From NCBI GenBank assembly GCA_013239625.1, contig MU053652.1, positions 3,337,902-3,401,901 on the forward strand: DNA of 64,000 nt. The letters are read 5' to 3'. The notes beneath the pieces are model-generated. The model worked only from the letters and a program-made list of their open reading frames with translations, had not been told where the DNA came from and did not search any database. Numbering within the stretch: position 1 is the first letter of the stretch; the number at the start of each line of letters is the position of its first letter. This DNA comes from Lama guanicoe (lineage: Eukaryota). Made by a program: the position numbers and the translations under genes. Of this stretch, positions 13,225 through 26,162 are shown piece after piece.

Positions 13225-13575
13225 TCACAAAATACCCTGTATTCCTCTACATTTCCTAGCCGCCTTTGCAGTTTGGTTGAGGTCATGTGACTACTTTCGA
13301 CCAATGAGAATATGAGCAGTAAATGATGAGTCACTTCTAGTTCAAGGCTAAGAGCAAGCATGACTTTTCCACACACTCTTCTGTCTGTGTAGTTGAAGCA
13401 AAAAACTCTAGATGGAGGAAGTAACCTGGATCCCTCTGGAATGGAAGAGAGCCATCAAGGAGGGTCACCTACCCACACTGGACTTCATGTGCGTGAAAAA
13501 AAAACCTTTTATTATATTAAGCCACTGAGATTTGGAGGGATATTTGTTACTGCCGCATATCCTAGTCTAACACAT
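13225..13575 (+). mobile_element. MLT1-type MaLR LTR relic in a CPA5 intron
   Basis: CTACATTTCCTAGCCGCCTTTGCAG...TTAAGCCACTGAGATTTGGAGGGATATTTGTTACTG. Confidence 0.65.
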
Positions 13576-16423
13576 CAGAGGAGTGTAGCCACTCAGCAAC
13601 TCTGTTGCCCTGTAGGGAGCTCCCCTTGCTTGACTTTAGTTCCATCAGAAAGGCAGGGTTGCCTCAGCAGTTGCCACAAGGTCTCCAACCCAGGCTTCCC
13701 CTATAAGCAGCGACCCCTTTGAGAAACCCTCCCTTCTCTGCCAACCCATCACTACCAGGGGGAAGGCTTGGGTCAGTTGAGCATTCAGGCTTAGTGTCTG
13801 CTCAAGGTTTGCCACAGCCATGGCCCCAGAAGCAGCATGTACTTGGGGCCAGGAAAAGAGAATAGATCCCTTTAGTTGCCCAAGGCTGGTCTGGGAATCA
13901 CAGATACAAAGAGTTTTTGAAACTTATTCTTGGGAACCTAAGTTGGAGGGAGGGCAAAGAGTAGTTGTGCTTCTATTTTGTTCACAAATTTAATTTGTTC
14001 CCATCACCTACTAGATTCTTTGCTCCCCATCTCTTTTCTTCCTCTTCTGTTTTCCCAAGGACCATGTCGTGGAGGACTGGGCTGCGTTGGTGAAGTTTTG
14101 TGGGTCAGAAACACATATGGAAAGAGCCATCCCAGTTCCTGCTCTCACTCCTCCTTCCTGAAATGACTTTACAGAAGCCCAGTCAGAGGCCAGGGATCAC
14201 CTCAACTCCTGAAGCCTCCTGAGGACGCCAGAGCACTCCCACTTGACCCCCCCACCCAGGGTAGTAAGTTGACTGGAGAGGGGGGAGGCTGGCCCATGGA
14301 CCAGTTCAGATGCTGTTCTAGGACTGCAGCAACCTGGTCCTCCCCAAGGGTGCAGGTGAGGATGGCACGGGTGGGAGGGATGGTCTATAGATTACTCATT
14401 ACACAGCAATTAAATTAAGGCAATAATAAAACCATAAACAAAATCTTCCGCCTGAGTCACCAACCAGACACGAGCTATTTCTGGCCACAGGCAGGCCCAG
14501 AGGCAATTCTGTCACCTGGGAGTGCATCCCCTCTTGCTCTGCCAGTCCTCCTTGGGGGTGGCAACCCTGGTTAGAAGGGGAATGTGCCTGCAGGGAGTGA
14601 GGGGGTAAGAAGCAGCCCCACAGGCTGGAGTCCACCCAGCTAACAGCGGCCCTGTTTGTTGTGTCTGCTGGGAGCTTCTGCACCTGCTACACTTGATGAA
14701 TGACAAACAGCAACAGATGATCAGAGCGGGGGAGGCTGAAAGCTTTGTCTGCATTTGCAGCCCACGCACGGAAAGCGGTTCCCTTGCCAACGACCAGGTG
14801 GCTTTGCCCAAATATGGACAAACACTTCAGGCCATTAGTTCTGGTTTGAGCTAAGCAGAATAAACTAATCTTACCCTGACCAAGTGGGAATTAGCTGGCT
14901 GCCTCTCTCTGACGTTCATAGTTAAAGTCCTCTGAGCCTGCCTGTTTCACAAGTACCTGCTAATGGATTCATTAGCTATTTATTTTTCCTTCTCTAAAAA
15001 TGTAATTTGTAGCAAGGGGAAATCTCTGGAAGGACATGGTAAATTATTAAAAGCAGTAATCTTTGGGTAGTGGGATTATAGGAGTTTTTTGTCCCTTCTG
15101 GGCTTTTTCCCCCCCACATTTTTGTTTGTTTGTTTGTTTACAGTGTGTATATCCTGACTTTTTTCTTCTGTAGTGAAACCCACAGAAGTTATTTTCTTAA
15201 AGAAATAATTTTCTTTCTTCTAGCCAGTCTGTCTCGAGGTCCATGGGTACTTACTTTAGCCAGTTCTGAGGGGCTCACACGGATGCCCACTTGGGGCAAA
15301 TGTCTGGTCATTTGGAGGTGGAAACACCTAATTTTACAGTTTTGTTCCCTTACAGAAGCAGATACAAACATAATCCCAGACTCTCAGGCAACCCCCACAC
15401 TGTGGGCTGATGGCCACACTGGATGCTTCAAAGCTGTCCTTATTTTTCAATGAGAACAGACTCAAAGAAGCCAGACTTTCAAAGCAATGAGCATCCAGGT
15501 CTAGAATGTTCTATCTCATTGGTTTGGCCACCCATCCACAGATATGCTTTTCAATGGCAAAGGAATTGTCTTCTATGGAGCCAAATCCTGATCCCCCAGT
15601 ATAATGTGGGAATCACATCCAGGGGCTGAAGTCTGTGCCCACACAGCCCTCTGCTAGACTGTCAGCAAGACCCAGTATTCCACTCATCAAACTGCTGCAT
15701 TCCCAAGGTCCACATACTCATCTCTGGGCTTTCTGGAGACCTCGGTTTGCCCCTATGCCCCTGGCATGGCAGGGGAAATAATCAGGAAGAACACCAAGGG
15801 AACTTAGGAGGAAGCTGCCCACCCCTCCCTGGAACCACAGAGCCCTGCAGATAATACCAGCCCAGCAGCCCAGGGTCACAAAGTAATTGGGTCAAAAATA
15901 AAAACCAGGCTCAAGTCAGTGTTGATGATAAGGAACTGCCTTATTCTATATTTGAACCTTTGCTCTGGCTCCCCAGAGGACAAAATTCAGGTCACAAGTC
16001 TCAGGGAATGAGTTTGGAGGCATTTTCTTGTGACATGCTGCCTTCAAGGAAGGGCCAGGTATCCCCAAGGAAGGGGAGCACCATAAATTCTGGCTTTTGA
16101 ACAACAAATAAGACTACTTTGTACCTCCTTAAGCTTTTCTCTGCCATATCTAGGATTTGACCCTTGCAGTTTAGTCCCCATGCAAGGAGCTGTTTCCCAT
16201 GAAGGCTTAGCATATGTATACATTTCACACACATTTGCAACCTCTCCCCATATCCCATGGCCAATCCTAGGCATGTACCTGCCTGTCCCTGGCCATGACT
16301 CACTTGCATTCACTAACGGCTTTGCCTCCTCAGTTATAAGTCATCATAATCTGACTGTATGGGAGACGTGCCAAAGACCAAGTCCTCTCCAGCCCTGCCC
16401 CCAGGCGCAGCAGACTGACGTAC

Positions 16424-16514
16424 CTCCAAAGCCTGACTTCCAGTTCCTGTTAAGATCCACACCAATGCAGAAGATTCCAGGTCTGCTGGACTTGTTCTTC
16501 CGCCATAAGCGGTT
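16424..16514 (-). CDS. CPA5: CPA5 coding exon 8 ([30 protein letters not shown])
   Basis: 91 nt; WRK and DLNRNW motifs. Confidence 0.96.
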
Positions 16515-16957
16515 CTGAAAAAGCCCAGGGCAGGTGGTCTCATTCCCTGGGCCCATTCCTAGGAGTGGGAGCCCCTGATCTCCTGGCCTAGGAAGGTGGG
16601 GTCTGGTGGGGCAGAGCGGGGCAAAGGGAAGGAATCTCCAGGGCATGATGGGGCTGGCGTGGGGCTGGACCAAGGCTGCAGATGCAGCTTTGTGGTAAAA
16701 GCTGGAGTGTGGAGAGAGGCCCGAGCATAGCCAGCCAGCAGTGACCTTCCCTGGGCAGCAAGAGGGAGGCTGGAGGGCAAGAGCAGCAGCTGCAGTGCTG
16801 AGCAGCCCACCTGCCTCAGTGAGACTCTGCAAAGAGCCCTGGAGGAGTCTGCCCCCAGGGAACTTCAGCTCAGCCTCCCAAAGCCACAGGGACCTCTCCT
16901 CCATTCCTGCAGAGCTGATCCCTGACTCCCGACCTCCCCCCTCCCAGGTGTTCTCAC

Positions 16958-17068
16958 CATGCTGTGGGTAAAAGCAAACCCATCAGGGTTGGAGACAATC
17001 TCCATGAAGATGTCCATGGCATTCAGTACATTTGTCACGATGCGGTCTTTGCCGTACTCATTGACAAT
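16958..17068 (-). CDS. CPA5: CPA5 coding exon 7 ([37 protein letters not shown])
   Basis: 111 nt; TGCAG|ATT ... ATG|GTGAGA. Confidence 0.96.
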
Positions 17069-17409
17069 CTGCAAGAAAAGGCAGAGTGAGTAGGGGGTGA
17101 GGGGTGGGGGGCCCTGCTGGGCTCTCCTCTGTAGGGCAGGACATTGTATAGCCGGTGGCAGGCAGGGGTGGCAGCAGGCCATCAGGTACATCCCCGTACA
17201 GAACCAAAGGCTTGGATTTTAAACAACTAGAAGGCGGAAGATAGACAGAGGTTCTGTGCTACGAAAGGCCAGAGCACTTGGCAGCTGTTCCACAGAGTAG
17301 GAGGGCAGAGAGCACCTTGAGTTAAACGAACCAAGTTTTCAACTAGAGGTGCCCTTAAATAGTTGAGCAGCTCCCACCTCCTGCCCCTGCCCCCATGGTC
17401 CGTGCTGAC

Positions 17410-17511
17410 CTTCCTGGCAGTCCAGATGCCGGTGGCATGGGTGATCCACTCCCGGGCGTGGATTCCAGTGTCGATCCAGATGGCTGGGCGCTGAGAACCT
17501 CCGGTGCTGAA
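17410..17511 (-). CDS. CPA5: CPA5 coding exon 6 ([34 protein letters not shown])
   Basis: 102 nt; HxxE zinc motif. Confidence 0.96.
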
Positions 17512-17777
17512 CTGGGGGAAAGCACCAGGCCCCAAGCAAGTTTGAACCGAGACAGCTGTCACTAGGGCTGTCCCTAGATTGACTGGAAGGAGGCCCCAGA
17601 TGTATCCTCACTGCCTGGGGTGGCCCTATGTTCCTGAGAGTGGGGCTATACATGCAAGCCCCTGTGCCTCAGCCCATGAAGCGCACACATGTGGGGGCCC
17701 TGGTAACACAGTGATGCTTTGGAAAGCACAGTGATCCAGACAGAAGCACAGAATTTCCCGTTTGAAAGTATTTAGAC

Positions 17778-17935
17778 TAGTGCTTCTCAAATTTTAAAGG
17801 GCACGTGAATCCCCCAGGGATCTTACTAAAATGCAGCTTCCAATTCAGCAGGTCTAGAAAGGGGGCTGAGGCTGGGCATTTCTAACAAGCTCCCAGGATT
17901 GCTGCTGCCGTGGGGGCAAGGACCACATTGAGTAG
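17778..17935 (+). mobile_element. MER5-type hAT-Charlie element
   Basis: TAGTGCTTCTCAAA...TTCAGCAGGTCTAG...CATTTCTAACAAGCTCCCAGG...GGACCACATTGAGTAG. Confidence 0.7.
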
Positions 17936-18687
17936 ACAGCATCAGAGAGACAGCACTGAAAGCCCCCCGGGGAAACCAAAGAAAGTGCAGGGAAGTCAAG
18001 TCCCAAGTCAGGTGAGACCACTTGGCCCTTCTAAAAAGTCCCCCAGGGCACTGTTGAGGGCAGCAGTGCCTGTCTTCTCTGCATGCTGGATGTCAAATGC
18101 CCTGAGTGCTCTTTAGGGCACATACTAAGAATTATAGTCCAGTGGGCTCCACACTCTCACCCATCCTGCCTCCTTCATGGCCACGGGTTCTGCTTCTGCC
18201 AAGTTTGCTCCAACTCTGTTTCCAGTGGCCCCTGTGAAAGGCTGGAAGGTCCCCTCATAGACTCGGGCCTATCTGTGGAGCTGCTTGAATCAGATGACCT
18301 CAGCTGTTTGTAAAGGAGGCCTCTGAGTACCTCTCTTCCCATTTAATAGATGAAGCAACCAAAGTAACAGGAAGAGCACAGACTCACCCACACTCACATC
18401 CCAAGTCCAGGGTGATGACGGCCACTCTGCAGTGCCATCTCCTTAGCAACCCTCCCACCAAATTCCTGACCCAGGATGTGCAGATCACTGCACCGCCACC
18501 TGTCCACATCTACAGGGGTGAGTCCCCAAACACCACGATCCCAAAGCTTGTGGGTCACCTCAGGACAGGAGTGTACACATCTCTCTCCCTAAAACTCCCA
18601 CCCAGCCACAACCTGACATGGGCTCAGTCTGATGCCAGAGGCACTCACTGTAGAGCCTAGTGGTCAATACAGCTAGATTTTACTCAC

Positions 18688-18789
18688 CTTCAGGACAAGA
18701 ATGGACCGATTTTCAAAGCTGTAGCCAATCCGAATTTTTGATGCAATATCTGAGTGCTCAGTTGCAAAGTTGTCAATCCAGGTATATAT
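18688..18789 (-). CDS. CPA5: CPA5 coding exon 5 ([34 protein letters not shown])
   Basis: 102 nt; TTTAG|ATA ... AAG|GTGAGT; read by hand, not represented in-frame in the ORF track. Confidence 0.95.
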
Positions 18790-20004
18790 CTAAAGGGAAT
18801 GGAGTTTCTTAGATGGGCAGTTAAGCAGGGAGGGGGCAAACCCCAGGATGTCTTCGAATATACTTCTTCTCCCATCCTACCCTCCTTACCACTTTCCCAC
18901 CTCCCTTGAGGATCTAAAACAACCCAGATCAAGCACTGAAAAAAATCAAAGACTCCCTCCAGGCCTAAGGCACAAGCTGTGCTGTGGTTGGCCTGGATTC
19001 CAGGCTTTTTACCAAGGTGCAGAGCTGAGACTTTTGCCTGGAAGAGCAGCATGTGCTGAGGCCACTCGGTCCCCAGGGTCAGCCTGCAAGGTTCTCTCTG
19101 GTCGGAAGTTTCTCTTGCTTCCATTTTCTTGGCCCCTTCAATCCTTCTGACAAGATCTCATAGACCTCGCAGTGTTGTTTTGGTCATCCTGCTCCTTTTA
19201 GATTCTCAGCCTCTTGAAGGCAGGGTTATGTATCTCTGACATCAATAAACACTGATGGAATATATTAAATTCATTTTCTTATTCTTTCAATATGTACTTA
19301 ATAACTACATGAAAGAAAAGAGATCCTCTATTACAGGCCTTGTGAAATGGAGAGAGTGACAATGACAATAACAGTGGGCAATCTCAATAATGTCACAGAC
19401 TTTACAGGGAAGCAGGACCTGTGCCTGGAGTGTCTTTCTGGACTGGGCATCTCTATGCTCTCCTTGCATGTTCTCCTTTGTAAATTAGTCACAATCAGTC
19501 ATGCCTGCCCTCGATGGCTGTAACTATGATAGTAAATTTTCTCCAAGTGAAGGCAGCTCTGTTTTATTCGACAAAATGGCTCTCTAATGTGCCTGGCTTC
19601 CTGCCCCTTCTGTGCTCTAGTATCCACAGCTGGGGCCTCTTACCACAGGAATGGTTGTGCAGAGAACAAGACCCCTGGATCCCAAGCCAGAGTGCTGGAT
19701 GTGAAGGTGCCTCTCCCAACTCTGTTCTGGCCAGCGATGGGTCCCTACCTTAGTGTTCAGCTTGGTAGACCCATTACTCTGGTCCCGTACCTGCTGTGGG
19801 CTGTACTGTTGAACCCACAATCCGCTCTATCTGAATCCTGGCTTCTGGACCTCTTTGAGCTGACTGCCTACCTAACACCCAGTGTCTGCTCTGCACTCCC
19901 CCAAGCATAAGTTCACAGTCTCCTACAGACCCCAGAGTCTCGAATCTGAGACCCTGAGGGCTCAAAAGGACAACAGAGTCCAAAGCCTGACCGGGCAGAC
20001 CCAC

Positions 20005-20103
20005 CTCCTCCAGGGTATGGTAAGAGGAGTAACTGAAGCTACTGGTGCTGCGCTCCAACCGGCGGGATTTCGCCATGGCTTCTCTCTCCTCATCCAGCAG
20101 CAC
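20005..20103 (-). CDS. CPA5: CPA5 coding exon 4 ([33 protein letters not shown])
   Basis: 99 nt; CCTAG|GTG ... GAG|GTGGGT. Confidence 0.95.
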
Positions 20104-23100
20104 CTAGGAGGCAGGAGCACATATTGGAAGGGAAGGGGAGGCTGGGCCAGGCAAGCATCTTCTGAGCCCTGCCTCAGCTGGCTGCACACAAAGACAGCGT
20201 CGACCCAGGAGAGTGAGCCCCCGTGAGTGTGAGTGGCGCAACGGGAGGAGATGCCTGGTTGCTGGGTGACTCTTCTGCTAGGCAAGCTGGCATTCATGCC
20301 ACCACTTCCCAAATGAGCAGAGGACAAGGAGTTTGGAGAACTTCGTTCTAAGTCTGCCACTGCCACTAACTAACTAAACTTGACCTTAGTTTCCTCAGCT
20401 TGAAAGTTGGGACTTACCTTGCCCATCTCATATGATAAAATGTAGTAACAGATATAAAAGTGTTTTGGAAAAGACGCTCATGGTCTACTGCCAACATTTC
20501 TTCTGCCTTGTGAGCACTTCACTGAGCCAAATCCCAAGCTGAACTATGTGCACGACCCCTGTGGGTGCAGAGAGATCCCCTGACCCACAACATCCACTCT
20601 ACCGCCCAGAGAGTGGGTGTCCAAGCCATTCAGAAAGCCAGTCCAAATCATTATGATTTAAGTGCCAACAGTCTTTCACTCACCGTTTTAACTGCCCCTT
20701 AGACAAAAATACAGGTGAGACAGAGCAACGTCCCTGAGTGGCAATTTGGAGTTGGCACTCAATCCTCACTTGGTACTTCCCACAGAGAGGGCAGTACAGC
20801 GTCTGGGTTGGGTTGACCTCCTGTATGATCCTGGGGCATTCTTCCCAGCTGGGGACTCAGTGAGGTGGGCAGGTGCCCTTCACCCCAAATTCATACCTTA
20901 CATTGGCACCTGGGGACCAAGGCACCCCAGGACTCAGTGCTGACTGTGTCACATGGGAGGTGCCTGGGCCCCTTTGCCACAAGGGTGCCGGGAAAGCAGA
21001 GGCCTTCAACCCAAAGTCGCCCTGGTTTGCAGCTCTGGGTCACAGGTAAGTCCTGATGATGCCTTGCTTCGGGCCAGAGTCTTAGTTTACCAAGCTATCT
21101 TTATCCTCATCATCTCAGATGACTCGATGTCAGGGCAAGAATTAACTATTCATGTTTTAGAGGTAAAGCAGATTAGAGAGGTTAAGGGACTTAAAAGCAA
21201 AGCTAAAAAGGAGCAGAGGTAAGATAAAAGCCCAGATACCCTAGTTCCTAGCGTTGGGTTTCTTAAGGCTAGCTAGCTATCAAAACTAAAGGCTAATAAG
21301 AATAAAACACACACACACAGATTTGTAGATATGTGTATGTATATCTATGTGTGTGTGTATATATATAGAAAGAGCAAACAAATGTATAAATGTTAACAGC
21401 AAGTGAAAAGTCCATCATACCATCCTTGTGATTTAAAAATGTTTCAAAATAATGAAAAGGCAATACCTCAAGCATAGGAAACTAAGAAAGTAAAATGCAA
21501 AAAGAGGGGAAAAAAAGAAAAGAAAATTCAAATATGCCTGTTAGGATAGAAGAGTCCGTATTTTAAGCAATTTTTTCTTTTCTCTATTTTTTACATTTTG
21601 TCACCATGCTTATACTACATCAAGAAGTAAAATCTTCTAAATGAATAAATAATCCAAAAACAAAAACAAAAAGCTCTAAAGGCTAAAATAAAACAGCAGC
21701 CACAGAGCCTTCAGTCCCAGGGCTGGACGAGCACCTCTGCCCAACCCCAGCCTGCTGCAGCTGAGGCCACTGCTGACGACGCACCCACCCTGCAGCCCCT
21801 GTCAGTTTGCTCACAACCCTCAGGTTCACAGGTTTTAAAACGGGACTGGAAATCGATGTTTGGGGTACATTTTGTTTGCTTTTTGAGCACCAACTACCTA
21901 CTGGGCAATTGTAATTACAATGTTTTCAGCTGAACTGGCTGGGCTGAGGATGTTCCCGCTTGAGCAAAGCTGGGGTTGCTGGGCTAGGCAGAGGTGACTG
22001 GAGGAGCCCTGAGCCTTGCTTGCACAAGCAGGATCCTGGGAAGCTCTAACAACAGAAATCTCAGCAGACCCCATAACTGATTTGTGCCTGTCGCTATGGG
22101 CCGGGCACGACCAGCTGTGGTGAACAGCTGCAGGGGAGAGAGCAGGTCAGGCGACTGCACCCGGAGTCAGGTCTCAGTTGGCCCCAACACTGGTTCCACT
22201 GCCATGAAGCTAAAGGGTCCATACATGGAACTTCCTAGGGACTGAGGTGGTGGCTGAAGGTGGAGCATAGGGAGGAGAAATTGGGAAAACAGGACCCGAG
22301 GACCCAGTTCTTTCCACATAGACCAGGGACAACCACAAGAAAACAGCTCCAATAAGGCTGTCCTTTGTTTCACAAAACAACTGGAGGCAAATGGGAAGTC
22401 GGCACCAAACTGCAAATAACTTTCCAAACACCCTCACAGCCTTGTGAATAGATATGACACCCGCTTACAAATTGGGAATGCTCAGCCCTCACAGCTGGGC
22501 CCCGATTCCAGGAACATTAATCTACCCTGGCCTGAAAAATACACAGATGTTTGCTCCCTTCACAGGGCTGAGGAAGGGGATGAGAAAACTAAGAATGCAG
22601 TCTTGCCACAGGCTCAGGAATGCCTAATTACAGCCCTGTCAGGCTTCTCAGAGAGGAAAAAAAAAGACTCAGAAGTAAGCCATTTGCCTCCCTGGAAGCC
22701 ATAACCTGACAGGGAAAGTAATACCTTGGTGTGAATTAATTTATGACAGGGTAAGGAAGGATGGGGACATTAAGCAAAGAACAGCACCTCCAGGATGTGG
22801 GAAGGGAGGAGCCAGAGGGCCCCAAAGGTGAAGCTTAGGCCCAAAGGGAATCAGCATTCACAGCGCACTCCAACCACAGACGCAAAATGCACGCAGCTCA
22901 CAGAAACAGTGGGTGAGGGGAGCAGGAGAGGGGCTCTGGCCCACGCTCCGTGACAGCACGGTCACCTCTCATCGTCCCTGGCCTTCTCTTCCAGGCCTGT
23001 TTGCAGTGGCAGCTGCATGGCTGGTGGCAATTACAGTCCATGTCTATCTACATAGGGGGTGGGGGGTTGTTAGAACGCACCTCTCAGAAGTCAGGACCGA

Positions 23101-23169
23101 ACCAGGGCTTCACTATCTGAAAGGCAAAGTTAAACACCACACGAACACCACCACCACCCACTGAGGAGG

Positions 23170-23420
23170 CACATGGCACAAGGGCAGAGTCCAGGGTCTG
23201 GAGCCAGGCTCTCTCAGATTCAGTCCTGATGCTGTCACTAACTTGAGCAAATTACTAAATCCTCTGTGCCTCAGTTTACTAAGTTATGAATTTCTATGTG
23301 CCTTCATAAAATGGGGTGATGTTATCACGTCCTTTAGCATGTACTTTGAAGTGTTCTTGTGAGGATCAGAAGGGTTAATACATGTAAAGTGCTTAGGACA
23401 TTGCCCAGCACGTAGCAAAT
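23170..23420 (+). mobile_element. MIR SINE
   Basis: TTGAGCAAATTACTAAATCCTCTGTGCCTCAGTTT...ATACATGTAAAGTGCTTAGGACATTGCCCAGCACGTAG. Confidence 0.7.
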
Positions 23421-23854
23421 GCCAGCCACGATGGTGAAGACGACAGGACAGCAACAGTAACTCCCGGGGAGACTCCAGGACTCTGCGGTGCAGTAATCGC
23501 TACAGGGCATGACCAGGAAATCTGATCGTCCAGCAGAAGTGGTGTCTGCCAAGCTTGGACAGCAGATTCTCCCCATTAGTGGTCACTTGGCTGAGTCAGG
23601 CAGCACCTTCCCCTCCCTGGGACCAAGAGAGAGGCCAGTCCTTCTTCTGTCCCTGCACCACCCCCAGCCCCGCCCGGGCAGCCAGACTCTGCCTCTCCCT
23701 CAGGGCCTTGCCCATGATTTTGCCTTTCTTTCCTCACCTACTCCTGTCCTCCTGTCCTCTTTAGAGCTGCCACCCACCCCTACCCCAGCCAGCAGTATGC
23801 CCACTTTTTACTGTCTTCTATTCCATGAAACAATGTGGTCAAGCACACACTGGA

Positions 23855-25330
23855 CACTAAAGATAACATCAAACAAAACAAAGCAAACAAAAAAGCAGCC
23901 AACAAAATAAAACTGCCTGCCTTCATGGGGTTCACAGTCTGGTAAGGGAGGCACACAATAACTAAGAAAAGTAAATCATTTAGGATATTAGAAGGCGGTG
24001 CATGCCAAGGAGAAGGGGGATGTGGTGGAAGGAGGGAGGAAACTGGGGGAGCATGGGAGAAAAAGGGTACAGCTTAAAACAAGGTGAAAAGCTGACATGT
24101 GAATCCGGTTTTGAAAGCAGTGAGGGAATAAGCCATGCTGGTATCTGCAGAGTCAGCATTCCAGCTATAAGGGCCAGCAAGTGCAAAGGCCCTGAGGTAT
24201 GAACCTAGTCAAGGGCACTGAGGCAGGAATGAGTCAGGCGAGTTGGAGGAACATCAAGGAGGTCCAGGTGCCTGGAGCCAAGTGAATAAGGGTCATTGAT
24301 GTAGGGCAGAGCATGGATCATACAGAGTCTTATAGCTGTTTTGAGCACTTTGGCTGAGTGAGATGGGAAGTCAAGGAGGGTTTAAAGCAGAGGAATGACA
24401 TAACAGGACTTGCATATTTTTAAAGGATACTTCTGGCTGCTGTTCTGAGACTAGGAAATAAGGAGACAAGTGTGGAATTAGGGAGAACAGTTAGAAAACT
24501 ACTGAAATATTCCAAGTGAGGGCTGATGGAGTGTTGACTCAAGTTAGTAGCTAGGATGTGGTAAGATAGATTTTGAAGGGAGAGCTGACAGGATTTGCTG
24601 ATAGGTGAGATGTGGAATGTGAGAAAGGAGTCAAGGAGGACTCCAGGTTTCTTGTCTGAGTAACTGGAGGGTGGTGCTGCCCAGGTGGGGAAGGCGCAGA
24701 GGGAACGAGCTACAGGAGAGAAGAGGTTCAGGGGAGATCAGTGTGGACCTGTGAAGTCTGAGATGCCTATTAGACACCCAGGTGGAAATGCCAAGTAGAC
24801 GGTCTGAAGCTCAGATTAGACATCTGAGTCTCCCTGGAGCTATAAATATAGGAGTATCAGGAGGCTGATCTGGAATGAGGGGCTGGAGGAGAGGTTGGAG
24901 AACAGAGTTGGGAAACAGGAAAACAATGTGTAAAGGAGCACCCAGTAAGATGGGACAATCCAGGAGAGTGCAGTGTCCTGTCAGCCAAAAGAGGAGACGA
25001 GTTCCAGAGAGGAGAACATGACCAGTTGTGCTGAAAGATGAAAAACACGAGCACTCAGAGCTGACTGCTGAGTTGGACCTTGGAGCTGTGCGTGACACTG
25101 TTGAGGGCAACTGTGGTGAAGTGAGAGGTGGACAGTTTGCCCGAGGAGAGGGATGAAGGTGGCAAGAACAGTCAATATTTGCAGGAGTTTGGCTCTACAG
25201 GGAAGAGGAGAAACAGAGTGATAGCTGGAGGTGGGGGGGAGGGATTAAGAGAGGATTTTTTTAAGATGAAAGAAATAACTCTATATTTGTATGCTAATGG
25301 GAATGATCCAGGAGAGAGGAGAAAATTGGT
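23855..25330 (-). mobile_element. L2 LINE fragment (~1.5 kb)
   Basis: CAGCAAGTGCAAAGGCCCTGAGG, TTTTAAAGGATACTTCTGGCTGCTG and GAGATGCCTATTAGACACCCAGGTGGA are antisense L2 landmarks. Confidence 0.75.
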
Positions 25331-25717
25331 GAAGCAATATTTACACTAAAGTGTATTTTGCTCTAGAGTGTGCTCGGAGCATGGGTGATTTTTGTTTTCT
25401 CCTTTGTGCTTTCCCCTATTTTCCAAATTATCTACCATGAATATTTATTAATTTTGTAATCAGAAAAAAGCCATTAAAATCCACCGAGCTGATTGCTCAA
25501 GTGAAGCTTTTCCATGGTGACTCATCCCAGAGAAAGGAAAAAAAAAAAAAACAGAAGGGCTGAAAAGAACGAGGAGGTGAAGAAAAATTAAATGCAAATA
25601 GAGCTCAATCGGAATCAGATAATTTCTTCCCTGGCCCGCCGCAATTTCCTCACCACCCTCCTGCCTGTCAGTCTCTCTCTGCTCCTGTCCCCAACTCAAC
25701 ATTGTCAACATTGTCAC

Positions 25718-26162
25718 TGTCAGAGGGATTTTTCTTAAATGCAAATCTGATCATGTCAGAGCCCTCCAATGGCTCCCCCACGGTTTTTGAGATAAAATCT
25801 CAACCTTTTCACCCGGTGGAGGATGCCCTTTGTGCGCTGCTCTGGCCTCACGGCCAATCCCGGGCCCCCTCCCTCTCCCCGCCCCTCCCCTTCAGCCACA
25901 CCGCAATCACCGCCTTCTCTGAGCCTCAGAGCGACGACGTGCAGTGCCTCTTGTACTCGCTCCCATGGCAACCTGCTCCACTCCATCAACGCATCATCCA
26001 GTCCATTGTAATCACTGATTTACTCCCCTGCGCTCCCCCACCCCTACAGCCCTCCAGTTCCCCTGGATACGGGGACCGGATTTCTTATCTCTGTATTTCC
26101 AGTGCCTTGCCCAACACCCAGCACACAGTAGGCATCTCTGTATCTGTGGGTGGAATGAATAA
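25718..26162 (+). mobile_element. L2 LINE 3' end (unusually CpG-rich)
   Basis: CAGAGGGATTTTTCTTAAATGCAAATCTGATCATGTC ... CCCAGCACACAGTAGGCATC ... TGGAATGAAT terminus. Confidence 0.7.
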
